Shown here piece by piece: positions 13,021 through 25,964 of a DNA stretch of 62,000 nt. Both the position numbers and the translations under genes were made by a program. Under the pieces are notes generated by a model, which was not told the origin of the DNA, did not search any database, and worked only from the letters and a program-made list of their open reading frames with translations. This DNA comes from Acanthaster planci (lineage: Eukaryota), in assembly GCF_001949145.1 (NCBI RefSeq), contig NW_019091406.1, forward strand, positions 372,001-434,000, written 5' to 3'. Numbering within the stretch: the stretch's first letter is position 1; every line of letters starts with the position of its first letter.

Positions 13021-14913
13021 ATGTGCACGTCTACTGATATGACATTACTAGTTTTATTTCTTTGTGACTGTGACTGTTTACTGTCGTTTAGTAGCCATCA
13101 GAAAGTGATAACATGTCTTAAAAAGTCAAAGCTACGTGTAGCTGGGAAAATACATGTACAGTACCTGCATTGAAGCATTCGCTCAGAAAATAGAAAACAC
13201 ATAGAATTTTTCGTACCAGTCTCATGTAGGCTTTGTGCTCAGGATGTTAAGTTATGTCCGGAAATGGAACTCTTTCCTTTCTGTGGTCCATACAGATTTC
13301 TTTGCCTTATTTAAAACTGTGCCAGAAATGGGCTGAAACCCAAAAATGCAGTGTAGGGTGTTTAAAGTACCTGTGCATTCTGAGAAGTACTGTATGTCAG
13401 TTACAGAGTTGTTTTGCTTCCGATCCATTTTGCAAAATTTTGCAGCTGCTTCTGGGACCTCATAATGAGGTATGTACATGGATGCTTCATATTAGATTAA
13501 CTGCATGCTGCACATTTATGCATTGACAGTTGGGAAAACTTCTTGCCATGTTACTATTGTTGCTGTACCAGTGCATTGTTGATACGATGTATGCCGTGAC
13601 ATCCAAACTGCAGTTTTTTCCTTTGATGCTGCCCGTGTTATTCAAGCACTGTTACCAGTGGTGCGTGATCCAGCGCTCACAAATGGGTGTTGCTTGGGGG
13701 AGGGGGGCCGGAATGTCCCTCTTTGAGAAAAAAAAATTAACAATTAACAAAAATGAAACAGGACAAAATGAAAAGGAAGGGCGAAAGAAATGCAAGGAAA
13801 GCGGATGAAACTCACCCAGTTTGTCTGAAAAATTCATGTACCCTGTACCTGAGAATCGACCCCTTCAACTGTTACAGATGATTTCTGTTTGCTGCTGGCA
13901 AGTGCTGTGCCCCCCCTCCTGGGAGAAAAAAAATCTGTGCCATGCCCAGACAAAGGGGAGGGGCATCCCAAATGGAGGTAAAACCCAAATGCACGGGTGG
14001 ATGTATTCTTATCTGGGTGGAAGTTATTCATTAACCAGTTTAGAGTGAAAGAAGAAATCACTAAAAAGGGTATCCACCCAAAAAAAGGGTATCCACAAAA
14101 AACATGGGTTTGGACATGGGGAGGGTAGGGGGAGGTTCCAGGTGCACTCACAAGATCCACCACAGGTGACGGGTTGCTGTGATCTTTCACATTGCCTGAA
14201 ACTCTCATGCTAGACAACTAACAAAAAATCCTTAAGCCGCTTAAATGGCTTCATATTCATATGCGCGCATGTATGGGTAAGTGCATGCTGTGGCTTAGAA
14301 AGAAAAGTCAAGAAAAGTAGAGAGCACTGCGTGTTTCATCTTTTGAAAGCCATTGCATCAATCTGGCATGATCCATTCCTTTCTGTTTCATGTACATGTA
14401 CATTATTGCACTTGGAGCCTACTGCAAGTCCTGCAGGTGGGATGGAGAACACTCATTGCAGTCACTAATGATGCTCGGTGCTGGTGACATTGCAGCTTTT
14501 GCTCTGCAGTCATGCAGCTGTTCATCACAAGACTGGTAAATCATGAGACGCTCTGCTGAGCTGCACCTTTTGGTTTGAATCTTTTGTTGGCTAACGTGTA
14601 CTGAGCATGAACTTATTTTCTTACTGGAGTACTAATGCAGAAACTTGTGCAAAGAAGTACTTACATGTACAAGTAACCATTTGTTGCCAAAATTGGGTCA
14701 GCTTTGGCACGACCACTAACATTTTGCTATTCGGAAACATACATGCACATGTGCCGGTACGTGTACATGTACTTACTGGTACATGTACATGTAGGCCTAC
14801 TAGTAGCATGAGCAGCGAGACAAAGGTTGTTGTACATGTACATGTAGTGCCTCACTATTGCTTGGTGGTTTCTTTTTGTTTGTTGCTTAGAGAATTGATT
14901 ATAGCCTTGTAAG

Positions 14914-14995
14914 ATGTCTGCTGATGAAGCCAAAGAAGTACCAGTGGATGTACACAAACAGGAAGACACCATGGGACAGGCTACATCTTCACAAG
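14914..14995 (+). CDS. SLC11A2: NRAMP/SLC11 divalent metal transporter (DMT1/Malvolio-like), first coding exon; 15-exon CDS totals 1845 nt, 614 aa
   Basis: Acceptor ttgcttAG at 14890, aagATG, MSADEAKEVPVDVHKQEDTMGQATSSQ, donor G|GTAATG; phase 1 matches next exon; poorly conserved N-terminus, so less certain. Confidence 0.6.
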
Positions 14996-15833
14996 GTAAT
15001 GAGGAACTGGGCTCAGCACGGGAATTGACACTGAGTGAGTATTGAGTAACCATTATGGCAGCGCTGTTAAGGTGATATTGGAAACCTCATTAGTGATTAC
15101 ACATTGATGAGAACCTGTCTGTCAATCCTGTATGAAATCTCTGCCTTTCGGTAATTTTTTTTCCCAACGAACTTCAACAACCAAATAAGAAAGAGAAGGC
15201 AATCGCCTGAAGTTGAGATTATCGACAGAGATCGAGTAATCATCTCGATCAAATGACTGCGCCCTACAATGGCACTCTCCCGCCAGTTCACCTGTACTGT
15301 GTAGTTCTGCTTAAAGCAAAGAACAGGGCCCAGCTCTGCTTTACAGTCATTTTGGGGCTGACAGAACCACAACCACCATCTCTATGCTCAGCCCTGAAAG
15401 AAAGATGTCTCGTAAGCCAGGATCATGGGTACACCCGTTTACGGTCTCCATTAAAAAAAAAAGGAAAGAAACGTGGTGAGGTTACAGAGGAATCAGTCAT
15501 CTAGCTTAACATGTACATGAACAGCATGTCAAATTCATAAAGATTAATAGTGTTTATGTACGGCAAATCCCAACTTTGCAAACAGTTATTCCACATTGCC
15601 CTGTTGTTCATAACAGTGTCTTTGTACATGCACAATGTACCCTTGTTTGTTGCTGTGCGTATTGTAAACAAGTGTCAAAACACTACAAAGTTCAATAGGC
15701 ATGCAACTCTTATAGCCCATCTGAGCCGTTAAGTAGTGCTTCAGCAACTGTGACCTTCTGTAATACATATGTACATGTAAGTAAGCACCGAGTACAGCTT
15801 TTGCACTAACGATCTGTGAAATGATCCTTGCAG

Positions 15834-16012
15834 TGGGTGGTCAACCCGAGTATGGCCTACTGCAGAACCACTCAGACGACAGCTTGTCCGGCCAGCTGGA
15901 CAACATGAACAGCATCAATGCAGTGAGCGGCGACCCTAGCAGGAGCTTAGGTCCGGTACCGGAGGAGGACCCCGACTTTGAGCAACGTGTACCCATCCCA
16001 GAAGAGGAAAAT
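15834..16012 (+). CDS. SLC11A2: SLC11 coding exon 2
   Basis: Branch-like CACTAAC, ttgcAG|...|GTAAGT; ends ...FEQRVPIPEEEN, like NRAMP EKI.IPEEE. Confidence 0.8.
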
Positions 16013-17841
16013 GTAAGTTTGAAGACTTGCTTGTACATGTATGCCTTTGTGTTAGATGGTGGTTATAAAGATTAGCAGTAAGCTCTTGCCGTTTCTTCAT
16101 CTGCGGTACTGCAGGATTTCTTCTTTGTTTTTTCACTTCAGATGGCAGAAATTTCTCTGTAAGGAATTTTAATTGAAACTTTCAGATGCAATTGATAATT
16201 TATAATGTACATGTATTCCAACATCAACCAAAAACCTCCGACCTGACAGCACAATACGACTGTGTGTATGCACGCTGTCAGAGGCTCCCTGTATTTCATG
16301 GAGACTGTGAGCAGTAATCACTACAAAAGGCACGCTGACCTCAGAGGAAAACTTTGCTCAATTTAGTGATGTAACAATGGAAATGTCTGTACGCACTCAA
16401 AGAATTTTTTGTGCTTAGCGCCCGTGAAATGTTTGCCTTTAAAATATGCTTACCGTTAAGCAAATTTTTGTGCTGTAGTTACACGTAGCAAAAGAGAAAT
16501 TTGCTCAACAGTAAGCAGCCCCATTTGAAATTGGGCCCCATTCAGATCTGTTGATTGAGGAATTACCAACGTATAATTAATTTTGTATCAAAAAGTGCCA
16601 ATAATTATGCATTGAAAATGAGGGATATTAGTGCTGGTAGCCTGGACTGTGTTTAAAATTGCCCTAATTTATATTATTTATTCGCACTTATGGTGACTAG
16701 GACCACATAATTGTGTGGATATACATTGTACATGTACATGTCTGAGCAATGCCTCACAATTGTACACTGACATGCTCACATAACATTGTACATAATTGCA
16801 TGCATAACAAATGTACAAAGTAAGCAGAAGCACCCCTCATCAGTTGAAAGGAGTCATGTTGGTGGGGCGTGTTCATTTGGTTGGTAGTGATGCGACTGCA
16901 TACATGTAGCGTGCATTTTATCGCCTTTTGTGTACCAGTGAATTGCAGTTCATACCAAAGGAGCCTCTGTTGCTGGGAAAATGGTGCCCTCTCTTGGTCC
17001 CACCCGGGTCTCATTACCAACATAACCAGTATGGAGTGTAAATGCACATGCCTTGTACTGTACATTCCACTGTAAAATGGTACATTTGTACATTTTGTTC
17101 AGTATCTACACATCATGACATGTACATGTACACCATACATGTGCTTGTTGACTAGTATGTTCTTTTGTAAGAGTAAAAGTTGACTATTTCTTGAAAGTGG
17201 CATACATGTACTGTTTGTTTGACATCAAAAGTGCCAGCAAAGAGTAACCCAGCACATCGTGTACGCTAACGTCTGTCTTGAAATTTTTACCCTTAAAACC
17301 TGTTTGGCACTTAATTGCTAGGCTACATCCTTGCCCTTTGCAAAATTTTCCAATTTTGGATCCCACGTAGAAACAAAATTGGATAAAGCGTCGATCCTCC
17401 AACATCCTGCAATACTTCTTGCATACATGTACATGCATGCCTACCGTACATGCATGTTCCCCAAAGGTGTGCCCACCTCAATGTTTCAAAATCCTCTGGC
17501 AAATCCTGCCATTATGTTGAGGTAGTGCGAATGATACCCAGGTTCAGCATGGAATATGGATGATTTCATGAATAATCTAGGCTTGTATTTGTGGCTGAGC
17601 ATAAACAACATAAGGTCTAACCCTAGACCTTGACACAATGCATCTTTTGCTATCTTGTATCAGCCACAATCCTCCAAAATCCTCCAAGACCATCCAAAAT
17701 TGCCCCGAGGATTTTGGAGGATTGAAGATGGTAAGGGTTAATAATCCTGCAGACCTTGACAAAGCACACATTACACCTGTCCCACTGGATTGTTGGCATT
17801 GACTAACCCCTCTGTGTTTAATCAATGTCTTTCCGTTGCAG

Positions 17842-17889
17842 GCTCAGCCCATGAAATTGTTCCAGCTCATGTTTGACAAGCCAGAGAAA
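17842..17889 (+). CDS. SLC11A2: SLC11 candidate alternative 48-nt microexon (AQPMKLFQLMFDKPEK)
   Basis: Consensus branch point TGACTAAC at 17800-17807, ttccgttgcAG acceptor, AAA|GTAAGG donor, phase 0-0, no stop. Confidence 0.5.
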
Positions 17890-18281
17890 GTAAGGCACAG
17901 ATACATGGAGCATGGGAAAAAAAACTTGGTTATTGTCAAAGCTTGGTCATTGCCAATTAAAATGGCAGTTGTAAAGCATCACATGTACATATAACTTTGA
18001 CGTGCTAACAGCTTTGCTTGATGCATTGCCATGATCAATGTCATGTCTGCCCTCTGCTTCAATCAGCCGAAATAATAATAAGATGTGAAGCTTATCTGTG
18101 ACCAGATCTTACAAAATGAGTCGTCAAGTTGTTTTATACATGTACATTAGAAAATCTAACATACTTCGTAGATGTACATGCACCGGTATTTATTTGTGTC
18201 TATGACAGATCTTATCAACAGATAGGCACATTTGATCCCCAGTGGAACAATAGAGTACCGAAGTGTGACGTCACGTTGGAC

Positions 18282-18534
18282 CAGGGTTGTCAGGCTTGCG
18301 TAGTGTTTCTTTCCTCGCCTTCCACCTCTGCGGTCCGGGTTCGAATCTGGCTCAGTCCACATGTGGATTGGGTTTAGGTCCCTACCAGAGTCCATGGGTT
18401 TCCCCCGAAACATTCATCCGGGGTTTTCCTCCCGCCTTTAAAACTGAACATTTCTTTATTGTCTTCTTCACTCGTTATCATCCTGTAATTGGCGCTAAAT
18501 GCGCTGTCAGTTGAACAGGTGTTAATAAATAAAC
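18282..18534 (+). mobile_element. tRNA-derived SINE (family A)
   Basis: Shares CCTTCCAC.TCTG.GGTCCGGGTTCGAATC...GGGTTTTCCTCCCGCCT.TAAAACTG with the 10104-10391 copy; AATAAATAAA tail. Confidence 0.75.
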
Positions 18535-18991
18535 TAGGGAGTGCAGTGTAAATGAATGGAGTAGGTTCACTAGCTGGTTCGCTCGCTATTGCCTTTTACA
18601 CACATACATGTAATTGTGAACGTGATGTACATGTAGTCATCTCTGGTACTCTCTGGACCTCTGTGCCGATGATGCCACACTATGGTTGCTTTCCTGTGGT
18701 CTCAGTGGACCGTGGACACCTCCCCCCCCACTCCATAGGAAAGTGCACAAACAAAGATTGACCTCATCCGTAAATCGGCCTATTGTTAAAAGCCTTGGCA
18801 CACAGCTAGAGTTATGACTCATTTTGTACGGTTGGGTCACATTTCTTTTCTTTGCGATCAAACTTTTGTGCTGCTTTGAAAATTCACTTGCAAGTAATTG
18901 TTGGATGATTGTACAGTATATTTCTGTCATAAAGGTTGCTTTTTTTAAATACTGTATTCTCTTAATCTTCATCTTTTTCTTAAATTTTCAG

Positions 18992-19009
18992 TTAACAGAC
19001 AAAGACAAG
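18992..19009 (+). CDS. SLC11A2: SLC11 candidate 18-nt microexon (LTDKDK)
   Basis: Long pyrimidine tract ending ttttcAG, AAG|GTATAG donor, phase 0-0. Confidence 0.3.
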
Positions 19010-19646
19010 GTATAGAATTTCACAATTTACATGTACATATTTAGTAACCCTGGTCATTGGGCTCACAACGTGAACAAATATAGTATGTACATCTACATGT
19101 ACACAGTATTACAACACTCCTACATTAGAGTTCATCACTGTTTGTACATGTTCATGTGAACTTTTCTTCCAACCATTGCAGTCATGTACATGTACCTGAG
19201 TCCTCAATGTACCATTGTCACGAGTGCACTGCACGGTAAATGAATGGCTTTCTGGGGTCATTCTATTAAATTTGGTGACATTTTTCCGTCCCAGTTATAC
19301 CGGTACCTGATATGTGTACTCGTACGTGTACTTTGACAAGGGATACTGTTTAGCACTGAAATCAGTTTCATTTGTTTGGCAGGTACCAGTAATTTGCAGT
19401 ACTTATTCAGTCTTGGAAATCAAAGAATGACTTCTAAAAAATGCTAAAAAAGCATATTCCAGGTGTAACAGGGACGGGAAAAAATTGGACTCTAAATTTA
19501 TAGAATAACCTTTTTGGCACCGGATTTTGTGACTGACATTAGCATTTGCAGTGTCATCGCATTTTCATGACAATCACAGATGCCAACATCCTGTAAACTT
19601 CTCTAAACTTCATTTACTTTGAATAATTACAAGAATGTGTACATGT

Positions 19647-20018
19647 AATAATAATAATAACAATTGTGGGAATTTGTGAAGTGCACATGTCCAACGGGAC
19701 TAGTGTTCTAGACACTACCTACATTATTATTACCCCTGCTCATCGGGCCCATGAAACATTCCAAATACCATCTCAGCTCCCTGGGGAGTGTACAGATCGA
19801 CGCTGCCATTTTCAGCGCAAAACAGCTAAGTCAACCACAATGACCATCTCTGCCCTCACAGGGTACCCAATTACTCCTGGGTAGAGAGAGGCAATGAGTG
19901 ACAAAGTGCCTTGCCCAAGGGCTCGTGCACCATGACCCCAGGCTGGATTTGAACCCACAAGCTGCGGCTTTACCCACTGATTACAAATTCAATACTCTTA
20001 CGAGGCCACTCAGCACTC
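19647..20018 (-). mobile_element. tRNA-derived SINE (family B, conserved central domain)
   Basis: (AAT)n at left end; plus-strand core GGTACCCAATTACTCCTGGGTAGAGAGAGGCA...AAAGTGCCTTGCCCAAGG; GGATTTGAACC (B box on the minus strand); homologous copy at 57833-58187. Confidence 0.7.
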
Positions 20019-20590
20019 CACATGTAATAGGAGAATTTCTCCTGGGTTGCAAATGCCTTGTTGCTGTGCAGCATGTCGTTGAATTATTAATACGTTTCTG
20101 TAAATACCAGTAAATTGATACCTGCACATCAGTTTTATTGCACTCGATGATTTCCGATATTGTGTGTCACTTCAAATTCATAAGCTCGTGCAGACCAGAC
20201 TCGAACCATATACATGTACTAGTGCAAACATCTTGATCACCGTTCTACGCAGCTCATTGGGATCAGCTTGAGAAGAACAAAGCCAAAACTCAAGTTTGCA
20301 TCTTATCTGTGCAAATGGAAAAAAAAAAATCAAAGTTAACACTGAATAGGAGTGGGAAATTTTGTGAAAAGAATTCCTGTTTACGTCCCCATACGTATTT
20401 CACAAGGACTGGAAATGAAAAGATGTGAAGATCTTTTCCCTCTTGTGTGAAAAGGCGCGGAAATCTTATCCCACGGTGGTAAAAGTTTTTCACATTCTAC
20501 ATGCGTTGTGACATGAAAAGGAATTTCCCAGGAATTGTGAAGAGAGTTGTCCATTCTCAGATAAACTTTTGATTGCAATGCTATAAAGTA

Positions 20591-20889
20591 CAGAGCCCCT
20601 AAAGGGACATCCCAATAATTCTATTATCTGGTGCGCACTACTTATCGTCACATAATAGTGCTGCATACTCGTGGTGCCCATGTTACATAATGTACATGTA
20701 CGTGTACTACCACTGATATCCCGACTGCATGCAGTACGACAGGTCGAGCATTGTATGGTACATCAGGTGGCCTGAACACGAGGCTTCTATCCTCGGAGAT
20801 TTGGAAAAGCTTTAGTGTAAGTTGTGCACACGAGATAATAAGTCGTGCGCAAGGTATAAAAAAATTGGGATGTCCCTTTAGGGGCTCCG
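20591..20889. mobile_element. Tc1/mariner-type MITE
   Basis: TIRs CAGAGCCCCTAAAGGGACATCCCAAT and ATTGGGATGTCCCTTTAGGGGCTCCG; TA on both flanks. Confidence 0.8.
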
Positions 20890-22790
20890 TAGTAAAGCAC
20901 AGTTAATTCATAATTCTAAGAAATGAATAATCCGCAATGATGAAGAAATATGTTGGCTGCAGTTTGTTGGAAAAACTAGTGACTTGAACTGACACCGTGA
21001 GTGATCCTCCAGTGGTCTGAGACTTACATTACTTACCCATCTTGACTTCTCTTCAAATGTGCATTGGGGAAACTGTACCATCTTTGGAAACAGTAGAATT
21101 ATTTTGGAGCAGAGGCAAGAGGAAAACTCCATTCAGTCGCTTAGCTGAGCCTCCATCATGCATGTATTTCTACACAAGGGGATAATGCAGCTTAACAGCT
21201 TCTAAAAGCTACATGTACATGTATAAAGCAGTCAATTTAAAAAGATAAAAGCAAGCTACTTGTCCATATTTAAAGAACCTTTAAATCAATTAATTCCGTC
21301 ATCTACCAAAATAACACACCCTGCGAGCTGCAGTAACCAGCTTGACCCCTGCCCCCTTTTACTATATTGATAACTGCAAATGTTACAAACAATAAGCCGG
21401 CCTTACTTTCTCTCATGATTCAACATGAGAACGTTTTATCAAGTGTTGCTGATAATCTCCATTCAATGAATCCTGATTTCTACGGCCTACACTAATCTTA
21501 GTGTAAACATTCTTATACGCTAATTTTTTTCTCTTTATATTCTTACATCGTATTAATCAGAATTGCAATTGAGGGAAAATTATCTATTGCTTCTGGTGGT
21601 TGCCAGATACAAAAAATCACAAAAACCTGTCTTTTTTCATTGTTTGGGAAAAGCGGAAACATACGCCTGACCTATGCAATCCACCGCTCTCAGGCTAGCA
21701 AAGCAGTGATTAAGTGAATAAAAGGCTTGCTCTTCTGCTTACATGTACATGTATATACGACGGTGACAAGCGTGAAGTGACATATTTCCATACTAGCACT
21801 GTATACCACACGCTGTTCACAATACCACCTATCCACTTAACCTTGCAATCATTACCGTGACAATGATAAATGTTATTGTATTCTTATTCGCCTCGGATCT
21901 GAACCGAATACAAGATATTACTTCGTGTACTGTCACTACCTAACTTCATTTCACTTCACTTCACTTTTCAGTTTATTTTCCATATGAAACATTCCATATT
22001 AACAATAGACTGCTACCGTTACAGTGGATGGAGGCCTCCAAAAAGCATAGCTTGTCGAATAGAGACCCCAGTTATTCTCGTATATTCAACTTCTTTCTAC
22101 AGTGTTTCTCAAAAGCTCTTTTTCGTACACTGTGCTCATGTGAGAGGCAGCATGTTGAATATACATGTATAGTATTCAGTGTATTGACAGCAAGTATCCA
22201 TGAACAGTGCCCATGGTTTTTGTTTTCTTCATTTAAATGCATGAGAATCCTTAATCTAATCTGTTTGAAACTTTCTGTTCAAAGTAAAATTTTGCTTCTT
22301 TCTATGGCCAGTAAACCGTGCTTTACTGTCTGTACCCCTTAAAAACACTTTGGCATAGGATGTGTAGTAAGTACATGTACATGTAAATATGAAAGGCCTG
22401 TCCATATTTCGAGTCACAGGCACTGACAGCCTGATGTGTGGTGTGTCGTGCGTTCAGTTTTACAAAGAGACATTACAACCATACTGAATTGTGTTCTGCT
22501 AGAAAGTAAAAAAAAAATGACTGGTAACTGTCCATTCAAATGTTTGTGAAAATTTGTAGAAAGATTTACATATTTTGGAATTGTTTGCGTTGTGTTGTTT
22601 TTGGTCAAGTATATTAACATCTTATTCATCTAACACGGCAAATGATCCATGCGCTTTGCATCTCAAGTCACACTGAACATCGGCATCAGCCCACAGCAGG
22701 AAGAACTGTATATCCACTGCGTAATATGTACGGTAGCTCTTGTCTGACTGTTATCCCTTTGGTTCTTGTACTTGGGATTGCAACAGAGGG

Positions 22791-22849
22791 TTAACCCTAA
22801 CCCTCTTCAATCCTTCACCTGTTGGAGTATTGAGGAGTGTTAGGGTTAA
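22791..22849. mobile_element. 59-bp palindromic TTAA-bounded mini-element
   Basis: TTAACCCTAAC...GTTAGGGTTAA; near-identical copy in opposite orientation at 27881-27939. Confidence 0.6.
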
Positions 22850-24934
22850 CGCTTCGTACCTTCTGATCCTGCACCTAGGCTTTCTCAGCCCTCTGTTGAC
22901 GTACCAGCACACTGGAGAATACATGTGAAATCTTGAGATCGACGTGGTGACACAGTTACAGTGGAATATCAGTACTCCTGCTTTGGGGAATGTTGGGCAG
23001 GCTATGCAGGTTCAGCCAAACAAGGGACTCTCTCTTGATTTGGAGTCTCATTTTAAACGAACATTTCACAGCAACTCTGGAGCCCTCGTCCATCAAAGTC
23101 GTTCATTGCTGCTGAAGCTGTCCTGCTGTTCCAAGGTGCAGCCGAACTTTGAATACATTGGTCACGTTTTAAAGCCTAATTATGTCATCACGATTAAAGC
23201 ACAGATACTTTCACGAAGCCTCATCTTGTTTATCTTGCTATGTCTCTGTTAAGGACAGTAATGACACTGAGCCAAAAGCTCTCTGTAGTCAGACCAGAAA
23301 GTCGAGTTCAGTGGCCTTTAATGGATGCTCATAATACAGGTTAAATTACAGCAGTTGGTAATTCCAATGTAGCTTAATTTCTGGACAAAGTCGGTTGGAG
23401 GAAATACACATACACCTGTACATCAGTTGTATGTGCTCAAAGCTTGAATCATGTCAGTCTATCCTTTTCTTGCAGTGTTTAAGCTACTTTACCGTTTTGT
23501 TCTTGCTATTGTGTACATGAACATATAATTCCCCTTTTTCATTTACTGTACTGGCAAATGCAGTGCTACCTCTACATGTGTATGGAACTTACAAATGAGT
23601 TGAAATTTTGTTCAGCTTAACTTGGCAATGCATAACTTGCTGAGACATCAAAAACTCACATTTGTCTTTGCTTTTGTGGGGAGCAGAGCTAGCCTCATCT
23701 ACCAAAACAAATTAGAAATCATAGGTTCACTTTGGGCGAGGTTTGATCTGCAATGGTTACTCAACAGCTGGTTCATTTTGCCTGGTTACAGGGAAAAATT
23801 AACCAGTGGTTGACATGGTCATTGGTAAGACAAGGCCCCAGAAGAACTTGTGGCTCTATCGGTGGTCTGCTTGTACATGTAGCTCTCTCTCTGTGTCTAC
23901 ATGCATCCTTTCAAAGTGCATTTGTGACCTGCCAAAGACTGAATATTCTTACATGAGGAAAATTGTTCTCATAATTGGAAATCAAACCCTTATCTTGGGG
24001 AATACTCTCTTGTACACGCAGTAGCCTCAGGTTACTGCTTTTTTCAAGTCATACTTTTCCACTAACAATCAACTTTTATTGAAGAAGTCTTGTTTTCTTC
24101 ACTGCTCATTTAATATGATGTGCTGGTATTGTCACTTCCAAAAGCATGAGACATGAAAGTCCCTCTCATTAACGAAAAAGCATTTCTTTGGGTCTACATT
24201 TCTTACACATTAAAGGCCGGTTCATGCTTCAGGCAAATGCGAAAACAAAGCAAATTTGACGTCTTCAAAAAGACGCAGCGAATTTTACCCGAGTTGAAAT
24301 GTGTTGAATTTTTACCAATTCGCAACGCGAATATTTGATCGGATGTCACAATTTTGTGTTCATGTTTGCTTTTGCACCAAGTATGAACCTGCCTTAATGT
24401 CACACACTTAATGTCACACACTTAATGTCACACATTCTCTTATTAAACATGTATATACGTGCCATACAGTCATGTACATGTACATTGCATAAATACATGT
24501 GTGAATGCATTGAACATTTTGTGCTCTTTCTATTCAATTTACAGTATTTATAACCTGTTAAAAGCTGAATTAATTATGCCTTTTTAGTTTAATGCAAATA
24601 TTTGTTTTTGAGAATGACAGCCTGCTTTTATTTCTCATTTCACGTTTATGCTATATCGATTGTGTTTACTTAATTTGCACAAATTGCTGTCGGAACTAAT
24701 ACTGACAGTGCGAGACAATTTAATCTTTTAAAGTCTGTATACATCAGAGTGAAAAATTCATTCTGGTGTTAAAAATGATTCGTGTGAGTTTGATACTTGA
24801 AAGCCTTTTGGACTGAACACGATCTGAAATGAAATATTGCTATATTTCATATTATTTTGCATCACCCTAATTTACATCAGTTACTTGTGTATGATTTCTA
24901 TTGAATTGTTTCTTCTTTTTCCCCTTTCTTGTAG

Positions 24935-25057
24935 TATTCGTTCAGCTTCCGGAAGCTGTGGGCGTTCACCGGACCAGGGTTTCTCATGAGCATTGCTTAC
25001 CTGGACCCTGGCAACATTGAATCTGATCTACAGTCGGGCTTCCACGCCAACTTTCAG
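24935..25057 (+). CDS. SLC11A2: SLC11 coding exon 3 (TM1, DPGN motif)
   Basis: [41 protein letters not shown]; canonical AG/GT; phase 0-0. Confidence 0.97.
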
Positions 25058-25798
25058 GTATTGTAAACATTTTCACAAGTAAGATATGTGAGTAAACATT
25101 CAGAAATGAATACGTCCAAGTTCTATTACAAAACAGCTTGCGGGGGCAATTTTCACCAGGTATAGCGGACAGTCATTCTTAAAAGGAAGCAAGGACCTTT
25201 TTTTGGTTGTTTTCAAGGATTACCCAACCAAACGATTTACATATTCTCCCCCATCATGCTTATTGCAACAGACAGCTGTAACACTATTAGCTAAACAGAT
25301 GCTGAGAAAATAGTAATACTTCATTCGACATTTGCTTCATTTTATTTTATTATTTTGAATCCCAATTTTGTGGTTTTTTTGTTCCAAATCATGTGTTCTG
25401 TTGCATGTATGCACATGCGCATTACATTTTCAAAGAATTTGAACAGTTACAATCATTCTGTTTTGTATACATGTATGGAGAAATTTTGGGATAGCTTTGC
25501 TGCTGTCTAAATTTATGTACACTTTTTGGCTTTGAGCAAATTTTTAAAATGTATGAAATGGCAAAAGGATAACGGATGCCTGAAAGAACAGTAATCGTTT
25601 TTGGTCTTGAGAGTAGTTTTCACTTTGCTGTTTACATATGGACAGGTATGTGTAATATGTACATGTACTTGGATATATAGATATTGTTTATTTGCATATA
25701 TATATCAGAATGAACGCTGCAATAAGCTTATCTCAATGTAAAGAGAAAGTGACTGCAGGTAAACGGATGCTGATACATTTTGTGTATGTACATACAAT

Positions 25799-25964
25799 CA
25801 GTGTTATAGTCGGGACCATCACAACGCCAGTCACAAGTAACAGAGTGAACAATGACAAAGGAACGCTTTTGTTGCAGTTCATTTGAATAGCCCGTGACCT
25901 GAATTCAGACTGAAGATCTTGTGTTGGTCTTTGAAGATCTCAAGTGGTCTCCACTACAACACTG
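25799..25964. mobile_element. hAT-type MITE, same family as 12830-13020, inverted
   Basis: CAGTGTTATAG...CTACAACACTG termini; internal homology GACAAAGGAACGCTTTTGTTGCAGTTCATTTGAATAG. Confidence 0.65.

Larger units (their letters stand above)
5726..13277. promoter_or_regulatory. Cluster of about nine GG(A/G)AAGA(G/A)TTCCAT motifs around the PYM1/SLC11 upstream region
   Basis: Copies at 5726(+), 6657(-), 9887(+), 10085(-), 10418(+), 10587(+), 10800(-), 11908(+, degenerate), 13264(-); flanks unrelated; regulatory function is inferred. Confidence 0.5.
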
